From sequence record SRR2962707_3124: a stretch of DNA of 64,000 nucleotides. One strand, 5' to 3'. Under the pieces are notes generated by a model, which saw only the letters and a program-made list of their open reading frames with translations, ran no database searches and was not told where the DNA came from. Of this stretch, positions 50,184-60,752 are shown in pieces (position 1 is the first letter of the stretch; each line of letters opens with the position of its first letter). The translations under genes were made by a program, and so were the position numbers.

Positions 50184-53182
50184 TGAGCGCTTCATCTAAT
50201 CGTATTACTGGCAAAGGGCGCTTGTCGCCTGCCAATGAAATTCACTTTTCGTTTGATGGCAAGGCGCTGCCCGCGCTTGCCGGTGACACCGTGGCTTCTG
50301 CACTGATTGCCAATAATATTCATCTTGTTGGTCGTTCATTTAAGTATCACCGCCCGCGCGGGATTGTGTCTGCTGGACCGGAAGAACCAAACGCATTGTT
50401 GGGTATTGCACGTGATCCAACGCGCCATACGCCCAATGTACGCGCTACGGTGCAGGAAGTTTATGATGGGCTTGTCGCTGAGAGCCAGAACCGGTGGCCA
50501 TCGCTTTCATTTGATATAGGCGAAATCAACGATGTTATGTCACCGTTTTTTGCGGCTGGCTTTTACTACAAAACATTTATGTGGCCACGTGCCGCGTGGG
50601 ATAAATTATACGAACCGATCATCCGCAATGCGGCTGGTCTTGGTAAAGCGCCAACGCATATCGACCCAGATCATTATGCATCGCGTTATGCGCATTGCGA
50701 TATTCTAATCATGGGCGGTGGCATTGCTGGTATCAGTGCCGCGCTTGCGGCGGCGCAATCAGGTGCCAGCGTAATCATCTGCGATGAGCAGCCAGAAATG
50801 GGCGGCGCATTGCACTATGAAAATGATGTTGTCGTTGATGGTATGCAAGGCTTTGATTGGGCGCAATCGGCGCTCGCTGAACTAGCGGCGATGGACAATG
50901 TGCGGGTGATGACGCGCACAACCGTGTTTGGCTATTACGCACAAAACATGATCGGCCTTGTTGAGCGTGTGACAGATCACATGTCTGCGCCGGACGCTGA
51001 TTTGCCGCGCGAGCGTATGTGGCAAGTTCGGGCGAAAAAGGTCATCATCGCCACGGGCGCAATTGAGCGTCATATGGTTTTTGCCAATAATGATCGCCCA
51101 GGCATTATGTTTGCTTCAGCAGCACGCACTTATTTGAACCATTTCGGCGTTGCGGTAGGCAAAAATGTCGGGGTCTATACAGCCAATGACAGCGCTTATG
51201 CTGCGGCTTTCGACCTTAAAGAAGCAGGCGTAAAAATTGCTGCGATCGTTGATTTGCGCGATGCGCCATCGCCTGCATTGATTGGACGGGCAGAGGCGCT
51301 TGGCATTCGTGTGCTGAAAGGCCACCACATTGTTGCTGCTGGCGGCAAGTTGCGTGTCTCATCCATGTCTGTTGCGCGCAATGGCAGCGATCCAACCGAG
51401 GTAATTCCCGTTGATGCGATCATTATGAGCGCTGGCTGGACGCCGTCTGTCCATATGTTCTCACAATCGCGCGGTAAGGTTCAATTTGACAAAGACAATA
51501 ATCGTTTTGTGCCGGGTGTGTACGCGCAAGATTGCGTGAGCATTGGTGCCTGTAATGGCACGGATGATTTGGCTTCGACAATTGCAGAGGCGTTGAGCGC
51601 TGGCGAGACCGCGGCCAAAGCAGTGCGCCCAAAATCGAAAAAATCAACGCTCAAAATTAAAGCCACAACTGAGAATTCTTGGCAGGGCAATATGTCTGGC
51701 GCTGCGCCGGGCGCAGAAGATGGCAAAGTAGTCAAAGCCTTTGTGGATTTCCAAAATGACGTGACAGCCAAAGACATTCGCCTTGCCGTTCAAGAAGGTT
51801 TTCATTCGATTGAACATGTGAAGCGCTTTACGACAAACGGTATGGCAACAGACCAAGGCAAATTGTCTAACATGCATGGTCTGGCGATTGCTGCAGAAGC
51901 GCTTGGAAAAGAAATCCCTGAAGTGGGACTAACGACATTTCGCGCACCTTATACACCCGTCACCTTTGGCGCGATTGTAGGCCATGCGCGCGGTTCTCTT
52001 TTTGACCCAACGCGGACAACACCGATCCATCCAAGCTCAGTTGCGCTGGGTGCGGTATTTGAAGATGTCGGCAATTGGAAACGTGCTTGGTATTACCCGC
52101 GCGGCGGCGAAGATATGCACGCGGCGGTCAACCGCGAATGTAAAACGGTGCGCGACTGCGTTGGTATGTTTGACGCTTCTACGCTCGGTAAGATCGAAGT
52201 GGTTGGCCCCGATGCGGCCGAGTTTATGAACCGGCTTTACACCAATCCATTTTTGAAATTGGGCGTTGGTAAACTGCGCTATGGCATTATGTGCCGCGAA
52301 GATGGCTTTATCTATGATGATGGCGTGGTTGCCCGCATTGCCGAAGATCGGTTCCATGTGACCACCACAACGGGCGGTGCGCCGCGCGTGCTGCATCATA
52401 TGGAAGATTATTTGCAGACAGAGTTTCCAGACTTAAAAGTTTGGCTAACGTCCACGTCAGAACAATGGGCTGTCATTGCGCTGCAAGGCCCAATGGCGCG
52501 CAAGATTATAGAACCATTTCTTGAAGGCATCGATATATCAGCGGATGCTATGCCGCATATGAGCATGGCAGAAGGTAAAATCTGCGGTGTGCCAACACGG
52601 CTGATGCGCATGTCATTTACCGGTGAAGCCGGATTTGAAATCAATGTGCCTGCCGATTATGGCCAGATGGTTTGGGACACGCTTTACAATGCCGTGAAAG
52701 CGGTTGGCGGCTGTGCCTATGGTACAGAAACGATGCATGTGCTGCGTGCTGAAAAGGGCTACATTATTGTTGGCCAAGACACGGACGGAACGGTGACACC
52801 GCAGGATGCGGGCCTTGGCTGGGCGATTGGCAAAAACAAAACTGACTTTGTTGGTATGCGCGGCATGCAGCGCGAAGATTTGGTTGCCGCTGGCCGTAAA
52901 CAATTGGTTGGGCTTAAATCCAAAGACGGTAAAACGGTCATTGAAGAAGGCGCGCAGATCGTTGCAGATCCAAAGCAAGCTATTCCAATGGATATGATTG
53001 GCTGGGTCTCTTCGGCCTATTGGTCTGAAAATGCTGGTGCGCCGATTGCATTGGCCTTGATTAAAGATGGATTTAATCTGATGGGCAAAACGCTTTATGT
53101 GCCAATGCCGGATAAGGTCATAGAGGTTGAAGTCTGCAAACCAGTGTTTGTGGATGAAGAGGGAGGCCGTATCCATGGATAA
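50183..53182 (+). CDS. soxA: Sarcosine oxidase subunit alpha
   Basis: GRSFKYHRPRG, EHVKRFTT.GMATDQGK and a GcvT-like C-terminal domain. Confidence 0.96.
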   Translation: MSASSNRITGKGRLSPANEIHFSFDGKALPALAGDTVASALIANNIHLVGRSFKYHRPRGIVSAGPEEPNALLGIARDPTRHTPNVRATVQEVYDGLVAESQNRWPSLSFDIGEINDVMSPFFAAGFYYKTFMWPRAAWDKLYEPIIRNAAGLGKAPTHIDPDHYASRYAHCDILIMGGGIAGISAALAAAQSGASVIICDEQPEMGGALHYENDVVVDGMQGFDWAQSALAELAAMDNVRVMTRTTVFGYYAQNMIGLVERVTDHMSAPDADLPRERMWQVRAKKVIIATGAIERHMVFANNDRPGIMFASAARTYLNHFGVAVGKNVGVYTANDSAYAAAFDLKEAGVKIAAIVDLRDAPSPALIGRAEALGIRVLKGHHIVAAGGKLRVSSMSVARNGSDPTEVIPVDAIIMSAGWTPSVHMFSQSRGKVQFDKDNNRFVPGVYAQDCVSIGACNGTDDLASTIAEALSAGETAAKAVRPKSKKSTLKIKATTENSWQGNMSGAAPGAEDGKVVKAFVDFQNDVTAKDIRLAVQEGFHSIEHVKRFTTNGMATDQGKLSNMHGLAIAAEALGKEIPEVGLTTFRAPYTPVTFGAIVGHARGSLFDPTRTTPIHPSSVALGAVFEDVGNWKRAWYYPRGGEDMHAAVNRECKTVRDCVGMFDASTLGKIEVVGPDAAEFMNRLYTNPFLKLGVGKLRYGIMCREDGFIYDDGVVARIAEDRFHVTTTTGGAPRVLHHMEDYLQTEFPDLKVWLTSTSEQWAVIALQGPMARKIIEPFLEGIDISADAMPHMSMAEGKICGVPTRLMRMSFTGEAGFEINVPADYGQMVWDTLYNAVKAVGGCAYGTETMHVLRAEKGYIIVGQDTDGTVTPQDAGLGWAIGKNKTDFVGMRGMQREDLVAAGRKQLVGLKSKDGKTVIEEGAQIVADPKQAIPMDMIGWVSSAYWSENAGAPIALALIKDGFNLMGKTLYVPMPDKVIEVEVCKPVFVDEEGGRIHG

Positions 53183-53729
53183 TCTTGCTAATGTTATTCG
53201 CACCGCGCCGCTCGCCGGTAAAATGTTTGCCAGCAGTGCGGCAAGTGTAGCGCCTGCAACGAACGCCTATCGCTGTTCATTGCGCGCAGATGCCAAATCA
53301 ATTGCCGCGCTGTCAAAAGCGCTCAATATTGATTTGCCTAAAAAACCAAAATCATCGTCGGCCAATGGTACACGCACCGCGCTTTGGCTCGGGCCAGATG
53401 AGTGGCTCATTATCGATGCTGAGAACAACCCAACCGACGACCTTGCCAGCGTCAAAGCACTTCATAGCGCTGTTGATGTGTCACATCGCAATACCGCGAT
53501 TATCGTCAGCGGCGATGGTGCAGCCGATGTGTTGAACGCGGGTTGTCCGCAGGACCTATCGCTTGATATTTTCCCGATTGGTGCGTGTTCGCGCACGATC
53601 CTCGGTAAAATTGAAGTCGTCATTTACCGCACAGGCGCAAACCATTTTCGCGTTGAATGCTGGCGATCATTTTCGGCTTATGCTTTTGATTTTCTGAGCA
53701 CTGCCGCGAAGGATTATGCGCAGCGCTAA
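53175..53729 (+). CDS. soxG: Sarcosine oxidase subunit gamma
   Basis: LWLGPDEWL, VDVSH and WRSFS.Y. Confidence 0.94.
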   Translation: MDNLANVIRTAPLAGKMFASSAASVAPATNAYRCSLRADAKSIAALSKALNIDLPKKPKSSSANGTRTALWLGPDEWLIIDAENNPTDDLASVKALHSAVDVSHRNTAIIVSGDGAADVLNAGCPQDLSLDIFPIGACSRTILGKIEVVIYRTGANHFRVECWRSFSAYAFDFLSTAAKDYAQR

Positions 53730-53733
53730 TCTA

Positions 53734-54204
53734 TTACTCTTGCTCGACGACGGCCAATGTAAGCCATGTGGCCGTCAGGGCAGGTTGCAGACCGCCTTCG
53801 ATTTCAAGCTTCACATCATAAGTCGATAGGACGCGGCCAGATGGGCGAATATCGGCATCGACGAGTTTGAAAACAGCGCGTATGCGTGCGCCTGAGCGCA
53901 CCGGCGATGTGAAGCGGATTTTATCGAAACCGTAATTGATGCCCATCGTTGCACCTTCAAGGGTAGGTAGCGCTTCATAGGTTAGGGTCGATAACATTGA
54001 GAGCGTCAGGAACCCATGCGCGATCGTGCCGCCATAGGGCGTTTCTTTTGCTGCGCGTTCGGCGTCAGAATGTATCCATTGATGATCATCGGTCGCGTCG
54101 GCGAATTTGTCGATCATCTCCTGCGTAACTTCGCGCCAATCTGAGGTGCCGACAATGGTGCCAATGGCCGCTGGAATATCTTTAAGTGTAATTGTTCCAG
54201 CCAT
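53734..54204 (-). CDS. MaoC/NodN-like dehydratase
   Basis: FADATDDHQWIH, TIAHGFLTLS and NYGFDKIRF. Confidence 0.92.
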   Translation of the reverse strand: MAGTITLKDIPAAIGTIVGTSDWREVTQEMIDKFADATDDHQWIHSDAERAAKETPYGGTIAHGFLTLSMLSTLTYEALPTLEGATMGINYGFDKIRFTSPVRSGARIRAVFKLVDADIRPSGRVLSTYDVKLEIEGGLQPALTATWLTLAVVEQE

Positions 54205-54333
54205 TATAAATTCCTGTCCATGTCGCGCTTTGAGAGTGTGCCAAATAATGTTGGTCAGTCATTAAGGGCGAAATCAGACAATGAAAAGCCTTTAGTCTTT
54301 AATAGACGACAGACTCCCAGTCGCAGGGCATCT

Positions 54334-54792
54334 TTACAAGAAATTCTGGCTCGGCGTACTGGTCGCCAAATAGTTGTTTTTGCCTAGATAGTTCTCCGCC
54401 AACTCCCGGCAAAGGAAGTTTTCCAAATCTGAATAATTTTCATAATTGGGGCGCGGGGATGTGTAGATCAGCTTAATCTGCGCGTAGGTATCGAGGATGG
54501 TGATGTTGACAAAGCTTCTTGCGATTGCCCCATTCATTGAAATGTTCAGCGAAACCGATGCCGGCGCGCCCCAGTCTGCCGATGTATTTGAAACATTCTC
54601 CAGCTGCAAATATCCCGGCGAAAAGAACAGCATGGATGCTTCATTGACGATGTCGTTTAAACAATCGTGCATTTCCATTTCGACATAGCGCACATAATGG
54701 GCAAAATCGACCAAGCGGAGTTCATTGACGAAACCAGATAAAGCCGAAGCAATATGGCGCTCAATTTCTTGATTTTCTATCGGCTCGTGCAT
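54334..54792 (-). CDS. Hypothetical protein translationally coupled to flhB
   Basis: ATG overlaps the flhB stop; ELRLVD...Y...E...L.DIV motif as recalled from rhizobial flagellar clusters. Confidence 0.75.
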   Translation of the reverse strand: MHEPIENQEIERHIASALSGFVNELRLVDFAHYVRYVEMEMHDCLNDIVNEASMLFFSPGYLQLENVSNTSADWGAPASVSLNISMNGAIARSFVNITILDTYAQIKLIYTSPRPNYENYSDLENFLCRELAENYLGKNNYLATSTPSQNFL

Positions 54793-55877
54793 TAATGCGC
54801 GCCTTTTCTAGCGTTTTGTGCGGCGTTCTTGCGAAGGAAGGCCAGAATTTGTGCAACGGCTGGGAAAAATTCAGCCGGAATTGGTTGATCTAGTTTTGAA
54901 ATTTTGTAGAGACCGCGGGCCAATTGGACATTCTCAATAATTGGTACTTCGTGGGTTTTCCCGATTTCGCGGATACGCAGCGCGATGAGGTCACGGCCCA
55001 TCGCGACGACGACAGGTGCGGGATCTTTTTCGGGGTCATAGCGAAGCGCCACGGAAAAGTGCGTTGGGTTTGCGATAATAACGGCTGCAGCAGGGATGGC
55101 AGACATCATGCGGTTGCGCGAACGATCAAGCGCCATAGAACGCTGGCGTGAGCGCTGCATAGGGTCGCCCATGGCCTGCTTCATCTCGTCTTTGACTTCC
55201 TGCTTGCTCATCTTCAGATCGTTTTTCCACTGGCTGCGCGACCAAAACAGATCGAAGCCTGTGATCAGTGCCATTGTGACGACGATCGAGGTGATGATTT
55301 TCACTACTTGGATCTGCAGCGAGGCCAGAAACACAGAACTGTCGCTATAAAGTCCTGTCATCAAATTTTGAATGAAGTTGGACGTTATGAAATAGATGAC
55401 AGCAACCGACAATCCAATTTTGAAAGTCGATTTAAGGAACTCTACGAAGCCTTTGACCGAGAAAATACGCTCGCGGCCCTTCATAATCGAAATATGAGAG
55501 AATTTGGGCGCAACACGGTCCCAAACGATTGAAGGCGGGTTTTGAAAGACCGCACTTGCTATGCCCGCAAGCATGAGCGCAATGAAAAACGGCAGAGCAA
55601 ATTTTATAACGATAGTGCCGGCAAGCATTTCAAGAGCGTATAAATCTGATTGAGAGCTCAACGAAATTTCGCCTGCATGACCAAGCAATCCGGCAAGGCT
55701 GGTGCCCGCAATCCGCATATTGTCTGCAAGTGTAAATGTCGTGATAGTCAAGACAGCCAGAAGGCTCGCAAAAATTGACAATTCTCGGGAAACAGGCGTT
55801 TGACCTTTTTCCAATGCATCTTGGATTTTTTTCTCGGATGCGTCTTCGGTTTTGTCATCCTTTTGATCGTCAGCCAT
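54792..55877 (-). CDS. flhB: Flagellar export protein FlhB
   Basis: DKTE.A..KK, MSKQEVKDE.K...GDP and NPTH autocleavage site. Confidence 0.97.
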   Translation of the reverse strand: MADDQKDDKTEDASEKKIQDALEKGQTPVSRELSIFASLLAVLTITTFTLADNMRIAGTSLAGLLGHAGEISLSSQSDLYALEMLAGTIVIKFALPFFIALMLAGIASAVFQNPPSIVWDRVAPKFSHISIMKGRERIFSVKGFVEFLKSTFKIGLSVAVIYFITSNFIQNLMTGLYSDSSVFLASLQIQVVKIITSIVVTMALITGFDLFWSRSQWKNDLKMSKQEVKDEMKQAMGDPMQRSRQRSMALDRSRNRMMSAIPAAAVIIANPTHFSVALRYDPEKDPAPVVVAMGRDLIALRIREIGKTHEVPIIENVQLARGLYKISKLDQPIPAEFFPAVAQILAFLRKNAAQNARKGAH

Positions 55878-55892
55878 TTAATCTGCCGATCA

Positions 55893-56900
55893 CTATTTTG
55901 TTGGAAGGTCTATTTGACCTTCGGATGCCATTTTCAAAGCAAGAGACGCGATTGATTTGCGGGCTTGTTTGATATTGTCTTCTGATACGGTTGAAGGACC
56001 TTGCAACTCCGCTTCAATCATTCGGCGTGAACGCTGGCCAATGCCTGACAATATTGCTTCACTGAGTTCAGCATCCGCACCGCGCAAAGCATTGGTAATA
56101 AGATCTGAAGGAAGCCCATCGCAAAGGCGCGAACGCGCTGGTGCGCCCAAAAGAACAATGTCCTCAAAGCGAAATAGCATCGTTTTTACCAAAGCAATTT
56201 TCTTCGCATCCATCTTTTCAGTCATCTGAGCGAGGACTTTATCGGCAGCTTCTGCCGACATCTCGTTGAGGATTTCCGCAATTTTAGCCGCAGCTTCACG
56301 CGCTCCGGCCACATTTGGGTCGACTTTGAATTCTTCTTTTAAGCTTTCTTCAACCGCAGCGATCACCCGCTCGGGGACAGCGCGCGACGACAACATGCGT
56401 GCCATGACTGGTTCGCGCTTGGCTTCATCTAATTCTTCGATCAATGAAGCTGCTTTTTTTGGAGCCAAGTGCTGTAATATAATGGCAGCAAGCTGCGCAG
56501 ATTGGCGATTTAGGAACTCTACAACACGCGGTGTTTCAGATGAAGCGAGCAGCTCCCAAGCATCCACCTTTTCAGGTTCGGCAGGCGCAATTGCCTTTTT
56601 GGGACTGATGAACGTATTGAGTTCTTCATCGGTCATGAAGTCGCTCAATATGTTCTGCATTTTGTCGGTTGAATCAAACAGACCAACGCCTGTTGTGAAC
56701 TCGGTTTCAAATTCATGCACGAGTTGTTCAAGGTCGGGCTGTGGAATAGATTGAAGCGTGTGTGCCGCGTCAATCATGGCGCGCAGCTCGTTGCTTTTAA
56801 ACTCTTTCAAGATCACACTGGCGCGCTCTTTGCCCATTGCGACCAAAATCGCAGCGGCACGTTGAGGCTTATTCAGTGTGTAGATCTTTGTCATGCTCAC
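55893..56900 (-). CDS. fliG: Flagellar motor switch protein FliG
   Basis: RAAAILVAMG, LFRFEDI, ALRGA and R.RRMIEAEL. Confidence 0.93.
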   Translation of the reverse strand: MSMTKIYTLNKPQRAAAILVAMGKERASVILKEFKSNELRAMIDAAHTLQSIPQPDLEQLVHEFETEFTTGVGLFDSTDKMQNILSDFMTDEELNTFISPKKAIAPAEPEKVDAWELLASSETPRVVEFLNRQSAQLAAIILQHLAPKKAASLIEELDEAKREPVMARMLSSRAVPERVIAAVEESLKEEFKVDPNVAGAREAAAKIAEILNEMSAEAADKVLAQMTEKMDAKKIALVKTMLFRFEDIVLLGAPARSRLCDGLPSDLITNALRGADAELSEAILSGIGQRSRRMIEAELQGPSTVSEDNIKQARKSIASLALKMASEGQIDLPTK

Positions 56901-56924
56901 TCTTTTATGCTCACTACAAATCCA

Positions 56925-57284
56925 TTAGTCGCCAAGTTTTGTGACACGAATACACAGGGCATCGGGATCAACTGCGCTCGCCTCTAATTCGCCCGTGCCA
57001 ATTCGTTTTCCGTTGACGGCAATGATGACAGGGTCGCCAATTTTTGAGTTCAATGTAATTACAGTATTTTTCTGAAGCGCCATTAACTCTGAAACAGTCA
57101 TTTCCACTGTGCCAACGATCACCTGCACTTCGACGGGAACATCAAAAAGGTTCTGGTTTAGTTTATTTGGGTTCGTCACAATTTCTGTGTCACCAATCGA
57201 GCGTTCCAATTCATCGATGGCTTCTGACAATGGGTCTGAATCGATAATTTTGCTGCTTTGTTCTTGAGTTTTTGTCTCTGTCAT
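56925..57284 (-). CDS. fliN: Flagellar motor switch protein FliN
   Basis: SpoA domain DVPVEVQVIVG...VNGKRIGTGEL. Confidence 0.92.
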   Translation of the reverse strand: MTETKTQEQSSKIIDSDPLSEAIDELERSIGDTEIVTNPNKLNQNLFDVPVEVQVIVGTVEMTVSELMALQKNTVITLNSKIGDPVIIAVNGKRIGTGELEASAVDPDALCIRVTKLGD

Positions 57285-57300
57285 TTTACTTGCCCAATTT

Positions 57301-58209
57301 TCATACAGCGGCTGTGAGAATAGATTGCATTGGTTTATGCGCTTCTTCAATCAACAACGCATAAGAAGCATTATCTTGCCCGATCCGGCATTTGTGAAGC
57401 TTGCGACCACTTGCAATAATAGATGTCTCGCAGTGCTTTCCTGCTTTTAATGAAATAACGTCGCCGGTCTTCAGTGCTGCTATATCCTTTAAAGTCAGAT
57501 TGTTGATGCTAACTGCGCCGGTTAGAACGATATTCACATCTTTCTCAGGCGTCATCTCGCCGCTTGCCGGTTGTTTTGATGCGCTGCTTGCTTGTTTCCT
57601 GACGTTTAGTTTTAGCAAAACGGATTGTGGCGCGAGCAACTGAAATTTATAGGCTTGTTCGCCGAGGAGTAGGCGCAGATCAAAGATTACATGGTCGCTT
57701 AAATTAGCCTGAACTTGCTGCGCAGTTGATGTCTTGGCCGTGACATGCGTGGAAAGCTCAAACACGTTTTCAATTGATAATCCGCATAGCGAAACAAATT
57801 CTTGCAGCAAAGAATTTTGCAGCGGCGAGAAGGCTTCTGGAATTTCTTCTTCGTCGGCTTCTAACTCTGGGTCCGCGCCGAGCATCAGGTCAATAAATTT
57901 AAGACCTTCCGCTATTGGAATATGGAGTGCCGCTGGCATTTTATTGTCGGGCACCATTAAGCCGAAAAGGCTGCAACCCGACAGCTCACGGAATTCAAAA
58001 CTGTCTATCTTTCCGTTTATGTCCCATTCGACTTCATAACCAGATTCACGAAACCCATTCGTCAGGCTGGCTTTAAGTCGAAGGCAAACCGCTTCGATGA
58101 TCTTTTCAATATGACCAGCATCGCCCTTTTGGCGCAGAAGACGTTTGTAAACGTCGATTGACGCCGCGCTGGCCTGCTGATCATTGTTATGTCCAGTGTG
58201 TGTCGTCAC
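57301..58209 (-). CDS. fliM: Flagellar motor switch protein FliM (divergent)
   Basis: IDLMLGAD and C-terminal SpoA-like [15 protein letters not shown]; located between motA and fliN. Confidence 0.8.
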   Translation of the reverse strand: MTTHTGHNNDQQASAASIDVYKRLLRQKGDAGHIEKIIEAVCLRLKASLTNGFRESGYEVEWDINGKIDSFEFRELSGCSLFGLMVPDNKMPAALHIPIAEGLKFIDLMLGADPELEADEEEIPEAFSPLQNSLLQEFVSLCGLSIENVFELSTHVTAKTSTAQQVQANLSDHVIFDLRLLLGEQAYKFQLLAPQSVLLKLNVRKQASSASKQPASGEMTPEKDVNIVLTGAVSINNLTLKDIAALKTGDVISLKAGKHCETSIIASGRKLHKCRIGQDNASYALLIEEAHKPMQSILTAAV

Positions 58210-59072
58210 GCGCTTTGCCCACTTGCCGCCATCACTTCATTTTCCACATCGTCAATTGATGGCCGGTATGAATAGGAAATCGTTTTGCGGCCAAACTCCA
58301 GCGCAACTTGCGGCAGGGAGCCGTTCATGTAGGCAATCAAAGTCTGTTTGGCGACAAAGTACAAGCGGACTTGCTTTTCGCGCACAGTTTTAATGTTGGT
58401 AGCAATAGGTCCGACGACTGCATAGGCCAAGAAAATACCGACGAATGTTCCGACCATCGCAGCGCCAATCAGGCCACCGAGAATTTCAGGGCTTTGGTCA
58501 ATCGCGCCCATCGCTTTCACCACGCCAAGAACCGCGGCCACGATACCGAGGGCAGGTAGTCCGTCGGTCATGCCTTGCAGGCCGTGGTAGCACTTTAGCT
58601 TGTCGTGCTTAATGGTCGAAATTTCTTCTTCCATGAGCGCCTCAACTTCATGGGGCCGTGCATTGCCCACAATGATCAGACGCACATAGTCGCAAATAAA
58701 ACCGACAAGCGCCTCATCTTTTAGAACCAATGGATAGGCTTGGAAAATTTCAGATTCATCTGGCGCGTCGACGTGCGTTTCAACTTCATTGCGTGGCTTG
58801 TTTTTCAATTCCCGCAGCAATTGGTAAAGCAGGCCGAGTAGTTGGAGGTAATCTGCCTGGTGCGGAACATCGTTTTTTAAGCCTTCGATAAGGCCTTTTC
58901 CTGAGTCTTTAATGACTGCGATGGGGTTTGCGATAATGAAGATGCCAATGGCAGCGCCGCCAATGATAACAAACTCGAATGGTTGCATCAGAACTTCAAT
59001 GTGCCCACCCATAGCCATAAAGCCACCGAGGACACAGCCGAGTGTGATAACCATACCAATAACAATAAGCAC
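58206..59072 (-). CDS. motA: Flagellar stator protein MotA
   Basis: [26 protein letters not shown] and [15 protein letters not shown]. Confidence 0.97.
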   Translation of the reverse strand: MLIVIGMVITLGCVLGGFMAMGGHIEVLMQPFEFVIIGGAAIGIFIIANPIAVIKDSGKGLIEGLKNDVPHQADYLQLLGLLYQLLRELKNKPRNEVETHVDAPDESEIFQAYPLVLKDEALVGFICDYVRLIIVGNARPHEVEALMEEEISTIKHDKLKCYHGLQGMTDGLPALGIVAAVLGVVKAMGAIDQSPEILGGLIGAAMVGTFVGIFLAYAVVGPIATNIKTVREKQVRLYFVAKQTLIAYMNGSLPQVALEFGRKTISYSYRPSIDDVENEVMAASGQSA

Positions 59073-59113
59073 ATTAACCTCCAGGAGCTAGCGTCTCAAG
59101 ATCGCATGCAAAC

Positions 59114-59127
59114 CTTGCTTCAAGCTG
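59114..59127 (-). promoter_or_regulatory. Flagellar promoter motif (motA)
   Basis: Minus strand CAGCTTGAAGCAAG, about 42 nt before motA. Confidence 0.6.
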
Positions 59128-59184
59128 TCTGCTTTGCCGCTCACCTAATTATAAAACGTGAATTTATAACGCTCGAAATTTGTT

Positions 59185-59198
59185 CAGCTACACGCAAG
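59185..59198 (+). promoter_or_regulatory. Flagellar promoter motif (DUF1217-flgF-fliI)
   Basis: CAGCTACACGCAAG, then TAAGTT 10 nt downstream. Confidence 0.6.
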
Positions 59199-59242
59199 CG
59201 GGCCACGCTAAGTTGTAAATTGGAAAAATTGGAGCATTCCGA

Positions 59243-60025
59243 ATGGTCGGCACACTCACATCATTTAAAATGATCAGCAGCGACATAGATTTGGCGCTTA
59301 AGCGAGTGTCTCAGCAGCCGACCGCCGCACGCGAAGTAAAGTATTTTACCGAGAATATCCAAAAGATAAAATCAGTTGAAGAGTTTGTTGGTGACAGACG
59401 CATATTCTCATTTGCGATGCAGGCGATGGGTCTGAGCGACATGACCTATGCAAAAGCATTCATGACAAAAGTGCTCAATGAGGGTGTTGATGATCCTAAC
59501 AGTTTTGCCAACTCATTGTCGGATTCGCGGTACTCCGAGTTTGCCGAGACCTTCAATTTCAAAGCTTTTGGTGCGGCAACGACCTCGTTTGATTCTGCGC
59601 AAAGTGGTGTTGTGGACAAATATTTGCAGCAGACGCTCGAAGAGCAAGAAGGTGATAAAAACGACGGCGTTCGGTTAGCCCTTTATTTTCAACGCAAGGC
59701 GCCCGATGTGAATTCGTTTCTTGGCATTTTGGCGGACAAGGCGCTTTCAACTGTGGTGCGTACGGCGCTCGGTTTACCTGATGCGCTGGGTGCATCGGAT
59801 TTAGATAAACAAATCGAAGTCATGTCGAAGCGCATGAATATAGAAGATTTAAAAAGTCCAGAGGGACTGAGTAAGTTTCTTGAGCGCTTTACGAGCCTTT
59901 GGGACGTAAGCCACGATACGAGTTCTTCAACATCTTCCGGCGTTGGCTTGTTATTCAATCAAACAGGGCAATTGGGCATATCGACAGACACGATGTTGCA
60001 AATTCAACTCTTGAAACGAGGCTAA
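59243..60025 (+). CDS. DUF1217 family flagellar-cluster protein
   Basis: FAMQAMGL.DM.YAKAF..KVL.EG, YLQQTLEEQEG..NDGVRLALYF.RKA. Confidence 0.88.
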   Translation: MVGTLTSFKMISSDIDLALKRVSQQPTAAREVKYFTENIQKIKSVEEFVGDRRIFSFAMQAMGLSDMTYAKAFMTKVLNEGVDDPNSFANSLSDSRYSEFAETFNFKAFGAATTSFDSAQSGVVDKYLQQTLEEQEGDKNDGVRLALYFQRKAPDVNSFLGILADKALSTVVRTALGLPDALGASDLDKQIEVMSKRMNIEDLKSPEGLSKFLERFTSLWDVSHDTSSSTSSGVGLLFNQTGQLGISTDTMLQIQLLKRG

Positions 60026-60026
60026 T

Positions 60027-60749
60027 ATGATTGATGGAATTAATGTCAGTTTGACGGGGCAGGTTGCGCTAGAGCATCGCTTGACGTCGCTGGCTCAGAA
60101 TGTTGCCAATAGCCGCACTGTTGGCTTTCGCGCTACGCAAATTCGCTTTCAAGAAGCGATGAAAGATGCTGATGGTGAAAAAATATCTATGGTCTCTAAA
60201 GGCGATGAGGTTCTCAGCACCAATTCTGGCGGATTTGAACAAACGGGTAATGAGCTTGATTTAGCGATTGATGGCGATGCTTGGTTCTCTGTGAAAACGC
60301 CTGCGGGCAATGTCATGACAAAAGACGGGCGCTTCCAGATTACGGCTCAAGGCGCCTTGGTTAATCTAGCGGGTAATCCGGTTCTTGATGGCGGCGGCGC
60401 ACCAATTCAGCTTGATGCGGCCGGCGGTACCGTCACTGTGAGTGGCACGGGCGTATTGCACCAAGCTGGTAAAGTCGCTGGCGGTGTTGGACTATTTGCG
60501 TTTGATCCAGGTGTGAATTTTCAGCGCTATGGCGAATCTGGCATTATGTCTAATGCTTCAGTTCAAGCTATTGTTGATCCAGCGCAAGCTGGCGTTTTGC
60601 AGGGCTATGTTGAGCAATCAAATGTGAACCCCGTTCAAGAAATCACCAAACTGATCACAGTTCAACGCAGCTTTGAGCAGGAGGCTGCGGTGATGGACAA
60701 ATCCAATAATTCTCTTGATGCTCTTATTCAGGCGCTTAACAGGTCATAA
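60027..60749 (+). CDS. flgF: Flagellar basal-body rod protein FlgF
   Basis: AQNVAN..T.GF, TGNELDLAI.G, TKDGRF and EQSNVNPV.E. Confidence 0.93.
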   Translation: MIDGINVSLTGQVALEHRLTSLAQNVANSRTVGFRATQIRFQEAMKDADGEKISMVSKGDEVLSTNSGGFEQTGNELDLAIDGDAWFSVKTPAGNVMTKDGRFQITAQGALVNLAGNPVLDGGGAPIQLDAAGGTVTVSGTGVLHQAGKVAGGVGLFAFDPGVNFQRYGESGIMSNASVQAIVDPAQAGVLQGYVEQSNVNPVQEITKLITVQRSFEQEAAVMDKSNNSLDALIQALNRS

Positions 60750-60752
60750 TTG

